Shown here: in pieces, positions 32,193 to 41,773 of the stretch
Layout of the letters: every line of letters starts with the position of its first letter
How positions within the stretch are numbered: position 1 is the first letter of the stretch
DNA from: Candidatus Poribacteria bacterium
Lineage (GTDB): Bacteria > Poribacteria > WGA-4E > WGA-3G
DNA: 64,000 bases
Reading direction: 5' to 3'
Assembly (NCBI GenBank): GCA_965214095.1
Contig: OZ243938.1
Span: forward strand, 3,136,001-3,200,000
Program-made: the position numbers and the translations under genes
Notes under the pieces: generated by a model
Database searches by the model: none
The model's input: the letters and a program-made list of their open reading frames with translations, nothing else
What the model was told of the DNA's origin: nothing

Positions 32193-33110
32193 CTACTCTC
32201 TGAAAAATGCATCTACTACCTCTTCCTGTTGTGCAAGTTTATTAAGTCGCTTTCGTCTGCGATTCCAAGTGATAAGATAACTGAACAGAAACAGCACAGC
32301 AAGACAACCCCAAAAAACATAAGAACTGGAAAGGAGTGATGCCCAATGGTAACGCTTTGGAAGTGATTCACGCCAAAGCATATCAAAAGTTATAAGGTCA
32401 TATCCTAATACTGCCTTAAATGCATCGTTGAGGTTCACACCTGTATGGAGTCTGTCAATAATTGACCACAACGGTTCGTTTCCATTGACTTCAACAAACC
32501 ATCGGAGCGCATCTTGACTTTGGGCATAAGCCAAATCCGCTCCAGTTGATGAATCCGGGAATTTCTCAGTTAATTCATGAAGTGGCATTACGGATTTTGT
32601 AAAGACATTTCTTAATAAAGTTCCGTGTCTGCCAGGTACCCATTCCTTTGAAAAGTGGATAGCAATGCCTTCAACAAACCATAATGGAATACCTTTAACT
32701 GCTTTCCGTGTATACTGTCCAAAGAGGACATGTGCAATCTCGTGACGAAGCACTTGTGCCAACTGAAGTTTCGCGACCGCAATTTGTTTCGGATTTTGGA
32801 GTATGATGCGGCGACTCAGTGGAAATGCACACCCGACCGCCCAATCCTGAATCGGTGCATGAACTGAGGCTTGAAATGCTTTTTGCGTATCACAAACATA
32901 GACTTTTATCGTTTCATCTGAAATGTGACGTGTAATCCTCGGCATCTCTGCATAAAATGTTTCAGCAACCTGTAATAACGAATCTGGATCAATCGTATTT
33001 TTTCTATAATATACACGAAAATGGTCACTATCTGATGATTTCCATGAGGCAGATACGGATAAGGCAGGTAAAACCAATAATAGAAATACAACCTTTATAA
33101 CTTGATTCAT
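32193..33110 (-). CDS. Peptidase MA-like (gluzincin) membrane-anchored metallopeptidase
   Basis: HEIAH + PLWFVEGIA; signal peptide and C-terminal TM. Confidence 0.85.
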   Translation of the reverse strand: MNQVIKVVFLLLVLPALSVSASWKSSDSDHFRVYYRKNTIDPDSLLQVAETFYAEMPRITRHISDETIKVYVCDTQKAFQASVHAPIQDWAVGCAFPLSRRIILQNPKQIAVAKLQLAQVLRHEIAHVLFGQYTRKAVKGIPLWFVEGIAIHFSKEWVPGRHGTLLRNVFTKSVMPLHELTEKFPDSSTGADLAYAQSQDALRWFVEVNGNEPLWSIIDRLHTGVNLNDAFKAVLGYDLITFDMLWRESLPKRYHWASLLSSSYVFWGCLAVLFLFSYLITWNRRRKRLNKLAQQEEVVDAFFRE

Positions 33111-33117
33111 GGTACGC

Positions 33118-34371
33118 CTATGGTTCCACGACTGTTCCCATAAACAGCACAGTTCCAGTCTCGTTATCACGAATTGCAAAGAAAAATGGTCGATCAACTT
33201 TAAACTCTTGTGGAAGTGATCTTATTCCTATGCCAACGCTGGTGGCTGCCGCTGCTTCCGTTCCTTCTTCGTTAACTTCAATGAAGGTTCTATGTGCGAC
33301 TTTGGTAATATACAAATTGCCACCAACAGCATCTAAATCTGCCATACGACTAAAATCTGCATTATCCTCATCAAAAGCAACACCCATGCCAAGCGATGTC
33401 AAGACATCATTAAGTATCTTAGTTCCATATTCCAATTTGAATTTCGGAATTTTAATCTGCACCTCTCGTTCACGAAACTCTTCCATCCAGTTTTCCCACT
33501 TTTCTGTGTCTACACTTTCTAAAAAACTATTGAGATCTGACTTGTCGTTTGGTAGGAAAATGGACATACCCACCCGTCCTTCACCATACGGAAGGTTAAT
33601 AGCTTGGAAATCATCGCCCTGATATACTGCATATTGTCCAGTCCGAGACATCATCGGAACTTGTTTTGTACTACCGTCAACAAGATGAAATTCTTCGTCG
33701 CGCGTATCTGATGGGTCAAATTCTGTTTGCCACGATCCTTTGAAATAAATCGCATTGATGAGAAACAACACCGCATTCGGTTCAATCTCATCCAAAATCT
33801 TAGGAATCTTACTGTCAGTATTATCGTTAACCCACTGATTAATTGTCTGCAACGTACTTGGATTCAAAAAATCAAGTATTGAGGTATCTGCACTAAAATA
33901 CAACGCATTTCTCTGTAGGAAATCTGTTTTAAACTGAAAACCTTCACGACCCCACAGTGAATTTGCGATTGTGAGTGTCACTTTCGGGTCTGATGTCTGA
34001 AGTGTATTTTGCAGTTGATAGAAACTTGAATTAATTGTATTAGGGCTTAAATCGTGGAGTTGTAACGTGTCAGTCATCGCCTGCTCAGTTTCACCTGATG
34101 CACCATTTAATGTCATGGCAAGTGCAACCGAAACACTGAAAGGAGATATAAAGATATTCTGATTCTGTTCAGTTTCCCATATCGCATTGAACAAGTTAAA
34201 GCCGAATTCAGTGTTTGCAGTGGGAACATTGGAATCAATAGGACCGATAACAGTATCGTCTCCATTTTCCCGTAATGCATCAATCGTTGAATCAAGACAG
34301 CCACTTATCGTTGTCAAAACAAGAATTAGAAAAAATACGGTAATAATTCCAAGAGTCTTTTTGCTGTTCAT
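33118..34371 (-). CDS. Serpin lipoprotein (predicted P1 Arg)
   Basis: NAIYFKGSW, EEGTEAAAATSVGIGIRS, FKVDRPFFFAIRD; lipobox ISGC. Confidence 0.95.
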   Translation of the reverse strand: MNSKKTLGIITVFFLILVLTTISGCLDSTIDALRENGDDTVIGPIDSNVPTANTEFGFNLFNAIWETEQNQNIFISPFSVSVALAMTLNGASGETEQAMTDTLQLHDLSPNTINSSFYQLQNTLQTSDPKVTLTIANSLWGREGFQFKTDFLQRNALYFSADTSILDFLNPSTLQTINQWVNDNTDSKIPKILDEIEPNAVLFLINAIYFKGSWQTEFDPSDTRDEEFHLVDGSTKQVPMMSRTGQYAVYQGDDFQAINLPYGEGRVGMSIFLPNDKSDLNSFLESVDTEKWENWMEEFREREVQIKIPKFKLEYGTKILNDVLTSLGMGVAFDEDNADFSRMADLDAVGGNLYITKVAHRTFIEVNEEGTEAAAATSVGIGIRSLPQEFKVDRPFFFAIRDNETGTVLFMGTVVEP

Positions 34372-34432
34372 CGTTTTCTCCACCATAATATGTTTGTTGT
34401 ATCTATTTATATTCACCAAAGTGCCGTTCAAA

Positions 34433-35677
34433 TTATTCCAATGGATCAACAACTGTTCCCATAAACAAAACTGACCCAGTTTCATTATCACGGATAGCAA
34501 AGAAAAATGGACGGTCTGCGATAAATTGTGGTGGAAGGGATGTAACTGCAATGCCAATATTCGTCACTGCTGCTGCTTCAGTTCCTTCTTCGTTGACTTC
34601 AACGACTGCTTTATGATCAACTCTTGAGATATATAAATCACTATCAGATGACATTCGACTAAAATCTGCCTGATTCTTGTCAAATGCTACCTCCATACCA
34701 AGTGCTTTTAACACATCACTAAGATCAGCGCGATATTCCAATTTGAATTTCGGTATTTGAACCCATATCTTCTGTTCGCGAAGTTCTGGAATCCAATTTT
34801 CCCAACTTTCTGTATTCAAACTATCCAAGAATGTGTCAAGGTCGGAATCAGCGGATGGTAGGAAGATATACATACCGATCTTACCATCACCATAAGGAAG
34901 ACTGACCGCTTGGAAATCCTTACTGTAATAGAATGGATACTTTCCCTCTCTAACCATCATTGGAACTTGTTTTGTTGTGCCATCAGACAGGTGGAAGTCG
35001 CTATCCCGTGTTTTTGTAGGATCAAATTCTGTTTGCCACGATCCTTTAAAATAGATCGCATTAATCAAAAAGAGAACTTCATCCGAGGATATTTCCTTAA
35101 GAATTTCAGTAATCTCTCCGTTCGTGTTGTCATTCACCCATTGATTTATCGTATCAACAGAATTTGGGTCAGTAAAATCAAGCGGAGAGATTTCTGCGTC
35201 AAAGTATTGTGAATTGCTGTTAAGAAAATCTGGATTGAATGAAAAATCTTGATCAGACCAGAGAGAGTTTGCTATTGTAAGCGTCACTTTCGGATCAGTC
35301 GTTTGAAGCGTTTGCTGTAGGAGTGCGTAATTCGGGTTAATCATTTCTGTTTCTATGTCTTGGAGTTGTAGTGTATCAACCATTCCAGTTTCTGTTTCTC
35401 CCGCTGCTCCGTTTAAAGTCATTGCCAAAGCAACAGAAACACTAAATGGTGAGATGAATATATTCTTATCTTGCTCAGATTTCCGGATTTCGTGAAATAA
35501 GTTAATTCCAAAATCTGTGTTCGCTTCAACAACATTTGGATCAATAATCTCTATCAGAATTTCCATTTTGTCAATTTCTTCAACGTATTCACAACCCAAG
35601 CTGCTGAATAACACCATAATGCATAACAAATAGAAACTACATATCTCACAAAATGTGTGATTTCTTGTTTTCTTCAT
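34433..35677 (-). CDS. Serpin lipoprotein (predicted P1 Thr)
   Basis: NAIYFKGSW, EEGTEAAAVTNIGIAVTS, FIADRPFFFAIRD; lipobox SLGC. Confidence 0.95.
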   Translation of the reverse strand: MKKTRNHTFCEICSFYLLCIMVLFSSLGCEYVEEIDKMEILIEIIDPNVVEANTDFGINLFHEIRKSEQDKNIFISPFSVSVALAMTLNGAAGETETGMVDTLQLQDIETEMINPNYALLQQTLQTTDPKVTLTIANSLWSDQDFSFNPDFLNSNSQYFDAEISPLDFTDPNSVDTINQWVNDNTNGEITEILKEISSDEVLFLINAIYFKGSWQTEFDPTKTRDSDFHLSDGTTKQVPMMVREGKYPFYYSKDFQAVSLPYGDGKIGMYIFLPSADSDLDTFLDSLNTESWENWIPELREQKIWVQIPKFKLEYRADLSDVLKALGMEVAFDKNQADFSRMSSDSDLYISRVDHKAVVEVNEEGTEAAAVTNIGIAVTSLPPQFIADRPFFFAIRDNETGSVLFMGTVVDPLE

Positions 35678-35690
35678 ATTATCCTTTATA

Positions 35691-36656
35691 TTATTTATAT
35701 AGATGTGCAACATATTCGCCATACCCGTTATAAATCCGAGTTGGGTATGATACACCTCTTGTAGGTATCAACCACTCATTGGCTTGTGACCAACGCGGAT
35801 GCGGCACATTGGGATTCACATTTGCCTCAAAACCGTATTCTCTCGGCAGTATATCGTTCCAGAAAGTTCTCGGTTTTTTGTCGGTGAATTCTATGCTTAC
35901 AATGGATTTTATACTTTTGAAACCGTATTTCCACGGTACAATCAACCGAATAGGTGCACCGTGCTGTGGTGGAAGAATGTGTCCGTAAATGCCGACAACC
36001 AACATTGTCATATCATTCATAGCTTCCGCAAGCGTCAATCCTTCAACATAGGGCCACGGCAGACGACCGTTGTTTTGTTGGAAAGCTACATCAGGATCCA
36101 TAAAAGTGGTCATTCGCACATATTTTGCTTCATTTTTCGGTTGAACCTTCTCAAGGAGTGCCTTCATTGGAAAGCCTATCCACGGCACTACCATTGCCCA
36201 CGTTTCTACGCACCGAAAGCGATAGATACGTTCTTCAAGTGGCATCTGTTTGATCAAATCGTCTATGTCTACTTTCATCGGGTTTTCAACGAGACCAGAT
36301 ATTTCAATCTCCCACGGACGCGTTTTAAACCTTTCTACCAATTTCCAAATATTAGTTTTGCTACTTGAGAACTCATAGAAGTTATTGTAAGTCGCAGCGA
36401 TCATTTCTTCAGTTTGTGGACGAGTGACGGTAAATGCTTCGTTTTTCTTATGTTCAAGTTGCTGTTCACGATAAGGTTTTAGTTGTTTCTCCATCTTGCT
36501 ATCTTGCGCACAAGCGGTTGAACTAAATAGTGATATTGCCCCCGCACCTGCTATGCCAAGATCTTTGATAAACTTCCTACGATTTATATAGACCGATTCA
36601 GGAGTCACTTGGTTTTCAGGAATCTCCCATCCTTTGGGTATTTTTATGTTTGCCAT
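35691..36656 (-). CDS. msrP: Protein-methionine-sulfoxide reductase catalytic subunit
   Basis: Tat motif NRRKFIK, YNNFYEF, RFRCVETW, VPWKYGFKSIKSI, HPRWSQA. Confidence 0.95.
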   Translation of the reverse strand: MANIKIPKGWEIPENQVTPESVYINRRKFIKDLGIAGAGAISLFSSTACAQDSKMEKQLKPYREQQLEHKKNEAFTVTRPQTEEMIAATYNNFYEFSSSKTNIWKLVERFKTRPWEIEISGLVENPMKVDIDDLIKQMPLEERIYRFRCVETWAMVVPWIGFPMKALLEKVQPKNEAKYVRMTTFMDPDVAFQQNNGRLPWPYVEGLTLAEAMNDMTMLVVGIYGHILPPQHGAPIRLIVPWKYGFKSIKSIVSIEFTDKKPRTFWNDILPREYGFEANVNPNVPHPRWSQANEWLIPTRGVSYPTRIYNGYGEYVAHLYK

Positions 36657-36928
36657 CGGAATCTCCTATCTATTAGTGTTCTTTTCTTTTCTGTCCGTAA
36701 TTACATCAATTTAAGGTTTTCGTTTCGTATTCAAATTATACAGACTTAATGCTTGAAGTGCAATCCTTTTTATAATTGTCACCAACAATAATCGGAGAAA
36801 AAATCCTCGTTCAGACAATTACTTCATCATATTTAACGACTGTATCAAAAAAAGTTGACATTACCTCATTTATACACATCACCCACAAGGCTCTATCTTG
36901 CACACATAGTGTTCTGTCTACACTATTC

Positions 36929-37014
36929 TTGTAGGTCGGGTAGAGGAACGAAACCCGACATGCAGCCATTTATCATCAATAAAGTCGGGTTTCGTGCCTC
37001 TACCCGACCTACAA
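36929..37014. repeat. Inverted REP doublet (REPIN-like)
   Basis: GTAGGTCGGGTAGAGGAACGAAACCCGAC and its near-perfect reverse complement. Confidence 0.8.
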
Positions 37015-37389
37015 TGTAAAAGTGGACAGTCTAATAGTCCATAAAATCATCCATACAATTAATCTGCATGCATTTTTTGCGTCATTTAACATACAAAAAT
37101 TGTAGCTTGGTCTTATCTTTAACACTATTCCGTCAAATTCCCATGCTTTAACTTGCGCGATGTAGACGGAACCAAGCACTTTATTTATCATAAATCTTGT
37201 AATCAACAGTATTATGAATGTCAGTCAGATGATCACAAATGGTTGTATTGTCAATGGCAGCAGCATCCCACATTCTGTGCAATAACCTCGGACATGTATC
37301 ACACAGGCAGGTATCCATCCTGGGTATCTGCCTTTTCTTTAATCAATAACATACTATCTGTGATAAGAACGTAGGAAATTACAATTTTC

Positions 37390-37419
37390 TTGCAACTATT
37401 CTGAATTAAGGTGTATAAT
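37390..37419 (+). promoter_or_regulatory. Putative sigma70 promoter for the 37.5-41.7 kb operon
   Basis: TTGCAA-18 bp-TATAAT. Confidence 0.5.
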
Positions 37420-37477
37420 AACCATAGAATGTCAATTCATCTCAGACTGTTGACGTAATATTTGGAGCAAATAAGCA

Positions 37478-37909
37478 ATGTTTCTAAAAAATCGGTATTT
37501 ACAGATTTTTCTAATCGCTTTAGTCTGTGTGCATTTTGTATGTCCACTCTTCTGTGCAGCTTATGCACAGAATCTGTGTAGTAACATGCAGATTGAACGT
37601 GCTGATACTGATTCATCCTGTTGCAGTAAAGTCAAAACAACAGATGCCACAAACGACAGTAATACACCTTCTGAGAATGGTACTGCTTGCTGCTTAACGG
37701 ATTTAGAACTCATCCTTCCAACAGACACGAACAATATTGAAACAATTCGTGAATCGGCAGTACAACATCCCATAGCTAAAGTTCAATTATCCACTATTCT
37801 GTTGGTGTCACAAGAACAATTGCTTAATCTCCCAGGTCCTCCCAAACTCCCTGAAGCATTCCTAAACACCGCCATCTCTCACCGCGGTCCTCCGTTAAAC
37901 CGTTCATAA
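37478..37909 (+). CDS. Cys-rich exported leader protein with C-terminal RGPP motif (DUF2946/CutF/CruR-like)
   Basis: Signal-like N-terminus, CPLFC, SCC, ACC, ends SHRGPPLNRS. Confidence 0.65.
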   Translation: MFLKNRYLQIFLIALVCVHFVCPLFCAAYAQNLCSNMQIERADTDSSCCSKVKTTDATNDSNTPSENGTACCLTDLELILPTDTNNIETIRESAVQHPIAKVQLSTILLVSQEQLLNLPGPPKLPEAFLNTAISHRGPPLNRS

Positions 37910-38021
37910 ATAGAAATCTATTATCATTATTCATTACATTCTCTGTCTATGTAAACGTTATGAGAATGTGCGCAATAAGAATCACCTATTTATTAACGGA
38001 TCAACATTTGGAGGAATAAAC

Positions 38022-39029
38022 ATGCAATCCCGGAATTCAACCTTTTTCAATTTTCGTTTTGCTATAGCAATAGCAGTAACCTTTCTGTGTGTTATTAACT
38101 TCGGTTTTTCCGAAGAACATGAAAAACATGCAACACATCAAGCAGATAAAACCGCTGAACTAAATGTCAAACTTCACACTGAACCGCAAACAATAAAAGC
38201 TGGAGAGTCCGCGTCTCTCATGTTTCATCTTACCGATGAAAAGGAAGAACCCTTTACCGATTTGATGATACACCATGATCGGACACTCCACGTGTTAATC
38301 GTCAGCGAAAATCTTCAGATCCTTGGACATGTTCATCCAGAAGATTTTGAGTCGCGCGACATGATGGCTGAACTTGAAGGGGTATATACAGTGCACTTTA
38401 CATTTCCTGTTGCTGGCAGATACATTTTAGCACTTGACGTAATGACTGCAGATGCCGAATTTTCCAAACATCTCTATGTAGATGTTGAAGGTGAAAACAA
38501 GATGCAGGAAATAACGCACGACCTTCGCACCGAAAAAGATATATTCGGATACAAAGAGGAAGGTGGAGATCGCTTCACAAAAGCCGTTTCCATTCATGAT
38601 AAAATGGACACATCTCCATATCATGTAAAAATAGAAGTGCCAGAACAAATCAAAGTGGGAGAGATGGTTCATATCAAATATCACTTTATGCGTGATGGAA
38701 AACCAATCAACGATCTGGTCCCATTTTTGGATGCACCGATGCATTTTGCTATCGTAAATACGCATTTAGATGGTATACTACATACGCATGGTACAGTTCC
38801 CATGAATGGAGATTCAGAAAAAATGAAGAATGATCCGCATGCAGCCCATAAGATGAAAAAGTCCACCAAAACAGGTCATCAGCATCAAGGTCCAACACCT
38901 GAGAAATTTGGTCCAACCGTAATGCTCATGACCACATTTAAGAAGCCAGGATATTATCAGATTTTCGGTCAACTCAAGCATAAAGATCAGATTCTGTTTC
39001 CCACTTTCATGGTCAAGGTTGAGAAGTGA
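38022..39029 (+). CDS. Exported His/Met-rich putative heavy-metal-binding protein
   Basis: Two related modules (HHDRTLHVLIV..GHVHP; MHFAIV..LHTHG), His-rich linkers; GGAGG RBS. Confidence 0.7.
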   Translation: MQSRNSTFFNFRFAIAIAVTFLCVINFGFSEEHEKHATHQADKTAELNVKLHTEPQTIKAGESASLMFHLTDEKEEPFTDLMIHHDRTLHVLIVSENLQILGHVHPEDFESRDMMAELEGVYTVHFTFPVAGRYILALDVMTADAEFSKHLYVDVEGENKMQEITHDLRTEKDIFGYKEEGGDRFTKAVSIHDKMDTSPYHVKIEVPEQIKVGEMVHIKYHFMRDGKPINDLVPFLDAPMHFAIVNTHLDGILHTHGTVPMNGDSEKMKNDPHAAHKMKKSTKTGHQHQGPTPEKFGPTVMLMTTFKKPGYYQIFGQLKHKDQILFPTFMVKVEK

Positions 39030-39046
39030 GACAATTCCTGTCAATC

Positions 39047-39078
39047 TGTTAGGATGGTTTGCTAAACCCATCCTAACA
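39047..39078. other. Intra-operon hairpin
   Basis: TGTTAGGATGG...CCATCCTAACA. Confidence 0.6.
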
Positions 39079-39106
39079 CTTACGTTACTATATTAAGGAG
39101 AAAAAG

Positions 39107-40084
39107 ATGTTATTCCAAAATATCCGTTCCAAACTATCAGGCATTCTGATTGTATTAGTTTTATTGTTATCGTTTACACCACTGTTTAGTATCGCACATG
39201 AAACCGAATGGCCTGGAGAGAAACTTGCAGCTATCTTTCCAAAAGCAAAGAAATTCGTTCAACGAAATGCAGTCCTCACACCAGAAAAAGTCAAATCAAT
39301 TGAGAAAGAACTCGGTTCAAAACTTCGCAAAGAGGATCAAAAACCTGTTTTCTATATCCCAATAAACGAGCAAAAGAAACCTATGGGATTGGTGCTGTTC
39401 GTTGATGTGAAAGGACCGCGCGGTGTTATTGACGGTGCTGTCGGACTCAATATGAAAGGCAAAGTGGTCAAAGTAGCAATCTATGAACACAAGGAAACCG
39501 ATGCCATTACATCAGAGAAGTTCCTCAAGCAGTTCGTCGATAAAGGAATAGATGACGATTTTGAAGTAGGCAAGGATATTGAAGCCATAAAAGGTCGAGA
39601 TGATGCGACAAAGGCGGTTATACTCATTCCGAGAAAGACTCTCTTGATGAGTTACGCGCTCTTCCTCAAACGCAAACCTAAAACGGATGTGGAAAAGACA
39701 CCGCAACCTGAAGAGGTTCCGGAAGAGTTGCCTGAAGTTGAAGACCTTAAGGAACTCATGATCATGATGGTAGACGAATACTTTGTGATTGTGGACTACT
39801 TTGACGAAAAAGAGGAGAAAGCAGATGCTGTTGCATCAGCCAAAAAACTCGCTACTTACACCAAAGCAATTTCCCAATTTGAACCACCGAAGAACGCTGA
39901 CCAGACAGAAGAATATGCTGAGATGCAAGATAAATTCAGCAAAACGTTAAAAGAATTTGCTGAAGCGATTGATAAAAATGGAATAACAGATGAGACACGC
40001 AAACAGTGGGATGCTATTGATGCGTTAATCAAACAAGCACATATCCGATTTAGCGAAGAAGATATTGACCTTGAGTCCTATTAA
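39107..40084 (+). CDS. Exported FMN-binding-domain-like protein fused to a four-helix-bundle domain
   Basis: VKGPRGVIDGAVGLNMKGKVVKVAIYEHKE..FLKQF resembles FMN_bind; helical C-domain. Confidence 0.65.
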   Translation: MLFQNIRSKLSGILIVLVLLLSFTPLFSIAHETEWPGEKLAAIFPKAKKFVQRNAVLTPEKVKSIEKELGSKLRKEDQKPVFYIPINEQKKPMGLVLFVDVKGPRGVIDGAVGLNMKGKVVKVAIYEHKETDAITSEKFLKQFVDKGIDDDFEVGKDIEAIKGRDDATKAVILIPRKTLLMSYALFLKRKPKTDVEKTPQPEEVPEELPEVEDLKELMIMMVDEYFVIVDYFDEKEEKADAVASAKKLATYTKAISQFEPPKNADQTEEYAEMQDKFSKTLKEFAEAIDKNGITDETRKQWDAIDALIKQAHIRFSEEDIDLESY

Positions 40085-40137
40085 TTGTGGTGAATAGAAT
40101 CCACGTGTCAAAATCAACTACATAGAAGGAACTTCCC

Positions 40138-41661
40138 ATGCGAAAAATCATTTTCTTCTTCTCAATCGCTTTCTGCCTAACGATAATCGCTGAACATTCT
40201 TATGCACTTCCTGCCTTCTACAAAATGTTTCGTGCTAAATATGGATGGACAGGGGGTTGTAATGTCTGTCATTTTTCAAAGAAGGGAGGCGATTCTCCAA
40301 ATCCCTACGGCAGAGCATTCCTACACAACGGTATGAATATCTCTACCTTTATCCGTATCGCAGAAGCAGATTCTGATAGAGATGGATACAGCAATGTTGC
40401 GGAAATTTTAGCCCGAGCATACCCAGGAGATGCTGACAGCACGCCTGAAAATGTTGAAACTTCAAACGGTCTCACTGATTCAGATGATACAACTGGAAAT
40501 GATGAGGACATCTTTAGTTTCGATGATGCCGAAGTAACCGAGGATACCGGTTCATCAGATTTTCTTGGTGGTGCGTTCAGTAATTTAGTCTTCGGTGGAG
40601 CATTGGATATACGGAGAATAACACACGGTAAAGATCTGATACCCGATAGGAGTAATTGGAATTCTGGCACCACACTCATACATGTTGCTGAGTTTGTGTT
40701 AACAACGAATGTCGGTGACCATGTTAGCGTATTAGGTGAGCAGCTGCTAACCACTTCTCCGTTAGGCACACAAGTCGCGGATGATCACGGATTCGTCTAC
40801 GCCATCCTAACAGGATTACCCGTTTTGCCGAAGGGGTCATCTCTGAAAATCGGTCGATTTCGACACGGTTTCGGCATAGATACTAAATCAGACGCAGCAG
40901 CAAATCCACTTTACAATCTGATTCGGAAAAACATCGGTTTCATCTCAGACCGTGGTATGCAACTCAACGGTTTCGTAGGTCCAGTGTCGTACACTCTCTC
41001 ACTTGCGGATGGACCAGATTCACTCCGAACTGTTACAGAAGGAACCGTTAATACAGGCATCCGAATCGGTCCACACGGCAGCGGGGGAGGTGTCCTGAAA
41101 CCGATACAAAATAACAGTCCACCTTTGTTTCTACATCTAAACGGGACTTTTCCGGTCTTCGGTAAACGTATTTGGCTTGGAACATCCTATTTTGATGGTA
41201 ATAGTTATCCGTTCAATTCCACAAACGGTGATGTCAACCCGTCAACGTTGATATACAAACGGCGCGTCGGTATTGCGACAAGCTTCAGGTTGTGGCGTTT
41301 TGATCTTGCAGCTGAATGGGTGCGTGGAAGAGATACTCAACTCCTAAAGTATTTACATATTCCGATTCCAGCAGTGGATCGCAATGCAAATGTGGAGGGG
41401 TTCTATTTTCATGCTGAATTACCTTTGACTGACTCTTTAGATGTTCGCTTGAAATATGATATTTGGAATCCCGATATAGATAATTATCAGACGTTTACCT
41501 TCAATAGGGAACAAGATGAACAGGTTTGGACAACACTCGGCGGAGCACTATCTTGGCATTTTGCAGAAGGTGCTTTAGCGCGTCTTGTCTATCAAATCAA
41601 CAACATTGAAAAACCGACACGAAGTGCGTCAATTGTTCCGCAGCTACTGGTTGAATTTTGA
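40138..41661 (+). CDS. Monoheme c domain fused to a probable outer-membrane beta-barrel
   Basis: Signal peptide, CNVCH, DSDRDGYSN, porin-like strands (LKIGRF..FG), C-terminal LLVEF. Confidence 0.7.
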   Translation: MRKIIFFFSIAFCLTIIAEHSYALPAFYKMFRAKYGWTGGCNVCHFSKKGGDSPNPYGRAFLHNGMNISTFIRIAEADSDRDGYSNVAEILARAYPGDADSTPENVETSNGLTDSDDTTGNDEDIFSFDDAEVTEDTGSSDFLGGAFSNLVFGGALDIRRITHGKDLIPDRSNWNSGTTLIHVAEFVLTTNVGDHVSVLGEQLLTTSPLGTQVADDHGFVYAILTGLPVLPKGSSLKIGRFRHGFGIDTKSDAAANPLYNLIRKNIGFISDRGMQLNGFVGPVSYTLSLADGPDSLRTVTEGTVNTGIRIGPHGSGGGVLKPIQNNSPPLFLHLNGTFPVFGKRIWLGTSYFDGNSYPFNSTNGDVNPSTLIYKRRVGIATSFRLWRFDLAAEWVRGRDTQLLKYLHIPIPAVDRNANVEGFYFHAELPLTDSLDVRLKYDIWNPDIDNYQTFTFNREQDEQVWTTLGGALSWHFAEGALARLVYQINNIEKPTRSASIVPQLLVEF

Positions 41662-41716
41662 GGATATGATCATCTAATGGTGAAACCTAAAAATAAAAAG
41701 ACACTTTCCACCCATG

Positions 41717-41740
41717 GTAGGCGAGGTTTCCTAACCTCGC
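41717..41740 (+). repeat. GTAG-type REP-like palindrome
   Basis: GTAGGCGAGGTTTCCTAACCTCGC. Confidence 0.7.
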
Positions 41741-41773
41741 TGGTGCAAAGTGTCCAATTAATTCTAATGCCTA

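Noticed and set aside
37009-37374. Short ORFs between msrP and the metal operon
   Set aside because: No RBS or recognisable motifs; at most a heavily decayed gene
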